Positions 58,269 to 64,000 of a stretch of 64,000 nucleotides of DNA are shown piece after piece (the stretch's first letter is position 1; every line of letters starts with the position of its first letter). The DNA comes from a virus (Duplodnaviria; Caudoviricetes). A model generated the notes under the pieces. That model did not search any database. It worked only from the letters and a program-made list of their open reading frames with translations, and was not told the DNA's origin. Position numbers and translations under genes: made by a program. Location of the stretch: positions 57,914 through 121,913 of the IMG/VR virus record IMGVR_UViG_2927464213_000002, one strand, 5' to 3'.

Positions 58269-58543
58269 TTCTTCGCTTCAGCGGTCAGCCGCTTGTCGAT
58301 GATCTCGTCGTCGTTCTCGGCATTGATCGCCTGCACCAGCAGGCCATCGGGCAGCACCGACTGGCAGGGCTGCTTCTTGTCCGGGCGCTTGCAGGAAGGC
58401 TCGGTGAGCTTCTCGCGGACCACGAACATCTCGCGGTCTTGTCCGAAGCGCTCGATCAGGCCGTCCTTGCTGAGCCTGCCCTCGCGGTCACACTTCGAAC
58501 ATTTCACCCGGACATAGGGCAGGGGCCACGCGCCGAGCTTCAT
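58247..58543 (-). CDS. Zn-ribbon-like hypothetical protein
   Basis: VRVKCSKCDREGR...LIERFG; GGAGG RBS. Confidence 0.65.
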   Translation of the reverse strand: MKLGAWPLPYVRVKCSKCDREGRLSKDGLIERFGQDREMFVVREKLTEPSCKRPDKKQPCQSVLPDGLLVQAINAENDDEIIDKRLTAEAKKWREEKK

Positions 58544-59085
58544 TCGACCTCCGTCGTGTCGATCAGCGCCCAGGCCACGCCGGCCTCGTCGTAGAGTTGT
58601 CCGGCGTCGCGCACAGAAGCGGCCCAACGCTCCTTCAGGTGCTCGGGCAGTTCAGGGGCAACCACGCGCTTGATGCCCGCCTGGATGACGTGGAGGGAGC
58701 AGCGTTTGCAGGTGATGAAGGGCCAAGTGTAGAGCGTGTAGCCGTGCAGCGGCTCGCGTGCCGTGAGGATCGCGTTGATCTCGCCGTGGACAACCAGGTC
58801 ATACTTTACCTCTCGGTTGTTCAGGCGCTCGTCGGTATCAGCGATCCCACGGGGGAAGCCGTTGTAGCCGAAGGAAGCCATCGTCTTGTCGGGACGAACG
58901 ATGACGGCTCCTACTTTAGTGCTGGGGTCTTTTGACGCGGTCGACACCGCCTGAGCGACTGTCAGGAAGTAGCGATCCCAGCGCGTCTGCTTGAGACGCT
59001 CCCGTGTCAATTCGGGATCGGCATCAACATCGTTGAACGCCTTCAACCATTTTACGAAACCGGAGTTCGCAACTCGGGTTGCCAA
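58540..59085 (-). CDS. dCMP deaminase (start uncertain)
   Basis: WDRYFL..A..VS..SKDPSTKVGAVIV...GYNGFPRG...HGE.NA...TC..C...IQAGI..VV. Confidence 0.9.
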   Translation of the reverse strand: MATRVANSGFVKWLKAFNDVDADPELTRERLKQTRWDRYFLTVAQAVSTASKDPSTKVGAVIVRPDKTMASFGYNGFPRGIADTDERLNNREVKYDLVVHGEINAILTAREPLHGYTLYTWPFITCKRCSLHVIQAGIKRVVAPELPEHLKERWAASVRDAGQLYDEAGVAWALIDTTEVE

Positions 59086-59442
59086 TGAGTCGGCGACGCT
59101 GCGCGAACCGCTGCCGCGCAGAAACGCGGAAACGTGCTGAAATGCAGGGCTAACAGGCAATCTGGAACCCGGGAACAATCGACTCTCCGTTTGCTTTATG
59201 ACGTTTGCATTAACGCAAATGTCGCAGCGTGGCAAGAGGGGGCATCCACTTTCTGCTAGGCGTCTCGTGACGAGAAAAGTGTGGTAAATCCGCGCCAACA
59301 CGGGGTTTTGTGGAGCGGGTGGGGTTAAGGTTACCGTAGTATAACGGGCCTTCGGCACCCTTGCGTTGGGATGCAAATGCTAATAGCAGTCCCGCATAAG
59401 CCGGCCCGCCGTGGGTTCGGGAACGAGAAGCATTAAGAAAAG

Positions 59443-59754
59443 ATGAAAACGTCGTTTGAATACCGCTCATACGTCGTCAGCTTCGACGGGGCGGCCTACC
59501 GAGCCGACTCCGCTGACGGGGAACCCTTCACAATCAGATCCAGGAACGTGCTGCGTGTCACTCGCGCGATCGACACGTTGTGGAATGCGCTTGAGGGAAA
59601 GATCCCCGCGCCGACCTGGCTGTTCAGTCCGTCCGATCTCATCGACGTGGACGCTGCTTCGGAAGCGATGGTCGTGGTCGACCGTCCAGCGGCATCCGTC
59701 GTTCCTTCGTTCCCGATCGCGCCCGTTCCTGCGGCGCTGCACGCCGTTGCCTGA
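59443..59754 (+). CDS. Hypothetical protein, paralogous to the N-terminus of the next gene
   Basis: YRSY.VS...SR...R...AID.LW.AL....AP.W......ID.DA. Confidence 0.6.
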   Translation: MKTSFEYRSYVVSFDGAAYRADSADGEPFTIRSRNVLRVTRAIDTLWNALEGKIPAPTWLFSPSDLIDVDAASEAMVVVDRPAASVVPSFPIAPVPAALHAVA

Positions 59755-59762
59755 GGCTCCCG

Positions 59763-60365
59763 ATGACCACCATCTACCGCAACTACGACGTCTCCAAGCT
59801 CGGAGACACCTTCGTCGGCCAGTCGCGAGACGACGAGAGCCTGATGATCTCCCGCAGCCAGCAGCGCCTGATGAGCGCTATCGATCAGATGTGGGATGGC
59901 CTCGATCGAGGCTGCGCGCCCTCTTGGTTCTCTGGCAGCAGCGCGATCGACCTCGATGCCGTCGAGATCGTCGACGAGAAAGATGGCCCAGAAGCGATAC
60001 CATCAGAGACAGATCCACCGCCCGCTAAGGAGTGGCGGGTGCCGTACTGGGCATTCGGGCTCGCAGCATTGGGCGTTTCGGCACCTGTCGCCTACGCGAT
60101 GGATTTCCTCCAGATCGACGCACGCATTGACGTGATGCTCACTCTGGGGATCTGCGCTGTCGCGCTTGCGTTCGGACGAGGCTACGCATTGATGTGCGCA
60201 GGGATCTCCGGCTTTATCGTCAATTTCTTTGCCGTTGAACCCTTTTTCACCTTCGATCCGCCGACCTGGAGCGAGGTCGCCAACCTGGCGATCAACTTCG
60301 CCGCCGCATGGGCTATACCAATGCTCCTCAAGGAAGGATCGACGTTTCGACGCTCAAAGGGGTGA
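59763..60365 (+). CDS. Membrane protein with DUF4118 (KdpD TM-like) domain
   Basis: About 4 TM segments; VALAFG.GYAL...NFFAVEP.FTF motif. Confidence 0.65.
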   Translation: MTTIYRNYDVSKLGDTFVGQSRDDESLMISRSQQRLMSAIDQMWDGLDRGCAPSWFSGSSAIDLDAVEIVDEKDGPEAIPSETDPPPAKEWRVPYWAFGLAALGVSAPVAYAMDFLQIDARIDVMLTLGICAVALAFGRGYALMCAGISGFIVNFFAVEPFFTFDPPTWSEVANLAINFAAAWAIPMLLKEGSTFRRSKG

Positions 60366-60984
60366 GTCCGTACGCCAGGCATCGCTTCGTCATGTCAGTC
60401 GTTCCATCTCCGCCCGGAAAACCAACGGCGCAATTCGGGCGCCCCTCACGCAGCATCCGTTCATTGCGGAACGGGCCAGCCGCTGCGTCGTATAGCTTCC
60501 CGCGTTTGTTTCTTCTCACCACAGCCCCAGGCCGATCGACATTGTCCCAATCGGCCGGGTAGGGGTCGACCGCAACGCCGCGGTCCTCAGCCCACTGGCG
60601 AGCCAGCAGATCGGCTCCCGACATCTCCCCCTCAACGATGCAGGTGATCTTCCTGCGCGCATGGACGGCGTCGAGAACGCGATACAGCGTGCGTTCGTCG
60701 CGATAATCCCGGCCACCGAAAACGACTACGCGATGGTTCGCCTTCAGCAGGATCGAGTCCCCGTGACATCGATGTGGTGCGCAGAAACAGACGAGGTCGC
60801 AGCCGGCGAGGGACGACACATCCAGCTCGGGCAACTGCTCGCACTCGAACTTGTTGCAGACCTGGTCACGGTCGCCATCCTTGCCGATGACGAAGCGGTT
60901 GCCCCAGGGCGAGCCGCGGCCGATGTAGACTGCACCAGGGGGAGCGTCCCCATGGTGCTTGTTGTAGACTCGAGGTGCGGGCAT
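60328..60984 (-). CDS. DUF4326 + YspA/SLOG-like (DUF2493) fusion
   Basis: VYIGRGSPWGN.F...L.G.DL.C.CAP..CHGD, then VVVFGGRDY...GAD..A..WA...ADW...AGP.RN..M...FPGG.GT. Confidence 0.8.
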   Translation of the reverse strand: MPAPRVYNKHHGDAPPGAVYIGRGSPWGNRFVIGKDGDRDQVCNKFECEQLPELDVSSLAGCDLVCFCAPHRCHGDSILLKANHRVVVFGGRDYRDERTLYRVLDAVHARRKITCIVEGEMSGADLLARQWAEDRGVAVDPYPADWDNVDRPGAVVRRNKRGKLYDAAAGPFRNERMLREGRPNCAVGFPGGDGTTDMTKRCLAYGLTPLSVETSILP

Positions 60985-61277
60985 CACTTGTCTTTCCGCC
61001 ACGGGTTCTCCTTGCCAGTGCCGCCGTACTGCTTGTCCCAATGCCATGCGTCGGAGGCTCGACTCTCCGCGGCGAAGAGCGCGTCATTGACCTTGTTGTA
61101 GATCGCCAGGTCTTCGGCCGAGAAGGAGCGGTAGGCTTCGTTCCGCGCCGTTGCTTTTACGTTATACAGCTCGTCCGCATCTCGCTCCTTTTGCCTCTCC
61201 TCAGGGGTCATCTTGGACAGGCGCTCGTTGTCGCGGAGTATCTCTCGACGTGCGCGGCCCGGATTGTTGTGTCCCAT
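60984..61277 (-). CDS. Hypothetical protein
   Basis: GAGGA RBS; TGATG coupling. Confidence 0.6.
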   Translation of the reverse strand: MGHNNPGRARREILRDNERLSKMTPEERQKERDADELYNVKATARNEAYRSFSAEDLAIYNKVNDALFAAESRASDAWHWDKQYGGTGKENPWRKDK

Positions 61278-61287
61278 TGTCGTGTCC

Positions 61288-61578
61288 TCAGCGCTTCATG
61301 TCACAAGTGACGGGGGAGCCCTTGAAGTCGAAGTCGGCGACGCCCTTGGTGGCGGTGCAGAAGTCGAAACCAACTCCATCCTTCTCGGCATGCCATCCGG
61401 CCCTGCCGCAGTCCGTCTCCTTGATCGCGTAGACCGTGCCCTTCCAGGTCAGGGTGTTAGCGGCATCGTCCACCTTCAACGCGCTGGTCTTGCCGTGATC
61501 CTTGCAGACGTAGTTGTAGGTCGCAGCCTGGGCCTGGCTAAGGCTCATGGCGAGTGCGATCAGCAGAATTTTCTTCAT
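61288..61578 (-). CDS. Small secreted Cys-containing protein
   Basis: MKKILLIALAMSLSQAQA signal peptide; GGAGG RBS. Confidence 0.65.
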   Translation of the reverse strand: MKKILLIALAMSLSQAQAATYNYVCKDHGKTSALKVDDAANTLTWKGTVYAIKETDCGRAGWHAEKDGVGFDFCTATKGVADFDFKGSPVTCDMKR

Positions 61579-61582
61579 CGTA

Positions 61583-62008
61583 TTACCCTCCAAGCTCATT
61601 CTTCATCCAGCTCAGCTGCTGGCCCATCATCAGCCCTTCCATCGGGACTCTGACCCGATCGAAGCGCTGCCCCAGCGTCGCCATCAGGAATCGCCGGTAG
61701 CTTTCGCCGGCCAGGACATATGCCCACTGGCCACGAAGATCCCATTCGACGATTTGCTCAATCACGCGCTGCGACCAATTGTAGCGATCATCGACACTCG
61801 ATCCGTTCAAGGTCCGCTCGTACGGGGCGATCAGCTTGCTGGGCTCGATTATCCCGTGCTCCGCCGACAGGATGAACCAGCGCTCCGAGTTTCGCCGCGC
61901 CCACTCCCTCGCCATGCGAAACCACGGCGAGGTGTAGAGGTATTCGGCTAACTCCGGCGTTGCAGACTTCGTCTTGACGCAGGACACGAAGGTCACCCGC
62001 GTCGTCAT
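61583..62008 (-). CDS. DUF6884-like protein
   Basis: VSCVK.K....A..LY.S.WF...W.ILSAEHG...I.PYE.TL...LAG..Y...PM.GL..G.QL.W. Confidence 0.75.
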   Translation of the reverse strand: MTTRVTFVSCVKTKSATPELAEYLYTSPWFRMAREWARRNSERWFILSAEHGIIEPSKLIAPYERTLNGSSVDDRYNWSQRVIEQIVEWDLRGQWAYVLAGESYRRFLMATLGQRFDRVRVPMEGLMMGQQLSWMKNELGG

Positions 62009-62048
62009 CTTCTCTCCCATCGCATCTCTCTTTCCCAACGCTTCGATC

Positions 62049-62306
62049 TCAGGTCGGGTCGGCCAGGGCCGATTCCGCGGATTCCGGCTCAACGCTTCCC
62101 GAGCAGTCGCCAAAGGGGTTTGGCAGCTTCAGCATCGAGTTCTGGAAGCTCGCGAGAGCCTCCTTCGCCGCCTTGGGAGCCGCCGCTCCAAGTTGCGTTA
62201 CGACCCGTTCCAGCGAGTGCCAGTCGCCGATCACGGGCTGCTCCATCAATGCGTTCGCCTTGGCGTGTAGATCGGCATTGCCGCGCTTGGTCGCTTTGCC
62301 GGACAT
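62049..62306 (-). CDS. Hypothetical protein
   Basis: TGATG coupling. Confidence 0.5.
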   Translation of the reverse strand: MSGKATKRGNADLHAKANALMEQPVIGDWHSLERVVTQLGAAAPKAAKEALASFQNSMLKLPNPFGDCSGSVEPESAESALADPT

Positions 62307-62557
62307 CAGCGGAACTCCTTGCAGGCGTCACCGCTGCGGAACGTCCCGGACGGGCAGGCCGTGCCCGGGATGTACGGATAGGCGCGGGGCGTGTCCTTGT
62401 GGAGCGCCTCGCATTTATTGCCGAGGCCGACATAGCCGGTCGGGCAGGTGCCCTTCCTGGTGATGGTCTCCCGGCCGTTCTTCGGAACGGGGTAGGGGGT
62501 TTCAGCCCATGCCGCCGTCGTCAGCAGCAGCGCGATCAGTGTGATGGTGGTCTTCAT
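62306..62557 (-). CDS. Small secreted Cys-repeat protein
   Basis: Signal peptide; two G.CP.G....G..C repeats. Confidence 0.65.
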   Translation of the reverse strand: MKTTITLIALLLTTAAWAETPYPVPKNGRETITRKGTCPTGYVGLGNKCEALHKDTPRAYPYIPGTACPSGTFRSGDACKEFR

Positions 62558-62707
62558 TCTCGATTCCCTTCGCGGCCTGCCGTGCTAGGCGCCGCTCCTC
62601 GATCCTTCGGATCGTGTCCTTGACTTGCTCGATTTCGCCGGGGCGCGTTCTTCTGGTTGAAGGGCCCGAGCGAAACGGTTCGAAGGGGATGTAGTCGCTG
62701 TCGTCCA

Positions 62708-64000
62708 TCAGCTGGCCCACAGTTTGTCTCCGATGATGTTGGTCAGTGCCGAGGCGAGAATGCCCTGCACGTCGGTTTTCTCTTTCAGCATGTCGTATTT
62801 GTCGTAGACGTCGGTCACGTCGCCATTGACGTGGTCGAGGGTTGCTTTGACACAGTCGCGAGGTGCGCCGGCCCTGCGAGCAATCGTCGCAGCCGTTCGA
62901 CGCAGGTCATGCGGCGTGAAGTGCTCCATCTTCAGGAACTCGCGGATGCCGACGCGGCCCTGCTTCGGTCGGCCGGTCAGCGCCTGTGAGATCGAGTTCC
63001 GCAGAATAGGGAGCTGGTCGAGCTGCTGAGCCACCCGCTTTTCTACGTTCTTGAAGCCGTGCTCGAACGGAGTCGGGAACAGCGCAGTTTGGCCTTCCTC
63101 CTTGATGGCCTTCTCGATGATCTTGCCGGCGATGCCGTTGACCGGAACGATCACCTCGCGGCGCCGCTTCACCCGGATCTTCGGGATGTGCCACTGAGGC
63201 TCCTTGCCCTTGAGGCTGTGCATCTCCGTGAGCAGCGCGCCGGCCGCCTGGCCCGGTCGCACCATGGTCGACAGGATCAGCCTCAGCGCGCCGCGGACCG
63301 GCTCCTCGGCGGGCAGGTCGGGATCGTAGAGCCCATGCCAGAGCATCTTGATCTCGCTGTCGTCGAGGACGCGCTCCCGTTTATGCTCCTGGCCCTGCAG
63401 CGGCAGGTCGGCCAGCGGGTTGACGTCGACGTATTTCCGGCCCGGCAGCTTCGCCCATTTGAAGACCTGGAACAGCTTGGACTGGGTCCGGTTGGCTTGG
63501 ACGGGCGTGTCCCGGGCCTTCTTCTCCAGGTAGCTCATGATCTCGTCGTCGGTCAGGCTCTTGATCGGTCGGTTTCCCCATTTCTCGCGCGGCTCACGCA
63601 GGAGCTGGACGTCGTTCTTCCAGGAGTCCAGGGTCGGCTTCGAATAGTTCTCGATGTACTCGTGGCAGACGTCCTCGAACGTCTTGGTGGCCATCGTCTG
63701 CGTGACGGCGACCTTTGCCATCTTGTTGAGGCGGGGGTCCTCGCCGTTGCGCCGGGAGCTGCGGTAGCCACGGGCTTGCTCCCGGGCCTCCTCAAGCGAG
63801 ACCTCTGGATAGTTGCCGATCGTGACCCGGACGCTCTTCTGCGTGCCGGCGATCTTGTAGATGAACGAGAAGGTCTTCGCGCCCTTGTCCGTGACGCGCA
63901 GCTGAAGGCCCGGGACTTCGAGGTCGCTGTAGTCAGCTCGGGATGCTCCGGCAGGAGCTTTGACTGTTTTGAGGAAGACGTCTGTCAGGCGTTTTTTCAT
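62708..64000 (-). CDS. int: Tyrosine integrase (P4-like, with N-terminal arm-binding domain)
   Basis: GLQLRV...G.K.F...IG.YP.VSL..AR; catalytic R (STMVR), HDLRRT, LDH, VYDKY. Confidence 0.95.
   Translation of the reverse strand: MKKRLTDVFLKTVKAPAGASRADYSDLEVPGLQLRVTDKGAKTFSFIYKIAGTQKSVRVTIGNYPEVSLEEAREQARGYRSSRRNGEDPRLNKMAKVAVTQTMATKTFEDVCHEYIENYSKPTLDSWKNDVQLLREPREKWGNRPIKSLTDDEIMSYLEKKARDTPVQANRTQSKLFQVFKWAKLPGRKYVDVNPLADLPLQGQEHKRERVLDDSEIKMLWHGLYDPDLPAEEPVRGALRLILSTMVRPGQAAGALLTEMHSLKGKEPQWHIPKIRVKRRREVIVPVNGIAGKIIEKAIKEEGQTALFPTPFEHGFKNVEKRVAQQLDQLPILRNSISQALTGRPKQGRVGIREFLKMEHFTPHDLRRTAATIARRAGAPRDCVKATLDHVNGDVTDVYDKYDMLKEKTDVQGILASALTNIIGDKLWAS

Larger units (their letters stand above)
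2600..64000. mobile_element. Prophage with contractile tail (myovirus morphology); boundaries approximate and may extend beyond 64000
   Basis: Complete head, tail and lysis gene set plus a tyrosine integrase. Att sites not identified. Confidence 0.93.

Overview
Most of this window (about 2.6-64 kb) is a GC-rich temperate myovirus-type prophage of an alphaproteobacterium, probably Bradyrhizobium (inferred from the effector and tts box). It has terminase, portal, scaffold and capsid genes, a P2/Mu-like contractile tail with an E/E'-type frameshift site, a lysis cassette, nucleotide-metabolism genes, and a leftward early region starting with a tyrosine integrase at the right edge. The left 2.3 kb is host DNA: a long repeat-rich minus-strand ORF missed by the ORF track, preceded by a tts box, which resembles a rhizobial type III effector. 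The most unusual features are: (1) several kb of dense non-coding structured RNA, namely back-to-back helix-closed elements at 8.35-10.47 kb including a ~450-nt element just upstream of a tRNA-Trp, with smaller islands at 16.2-16.5 kb and 20.45-20.95 kb; (2) a peptide+HNH cassette inserted into that RNA cluster between direct repeats; (3) a defence hotspot at 48-56 kb with two different DGQHR-domain systems (methylase + PD-(D/E)XK-DGQHR-HEPN, and DGQHR + GIY-YIG); and (4) a 16-bp palindromic operator, TTTGCATNNATGCAAA, repeated across the prophage although no repressor or replication gene is visible. All calls come from motif reading by eye; no database searches or folding programs were run.
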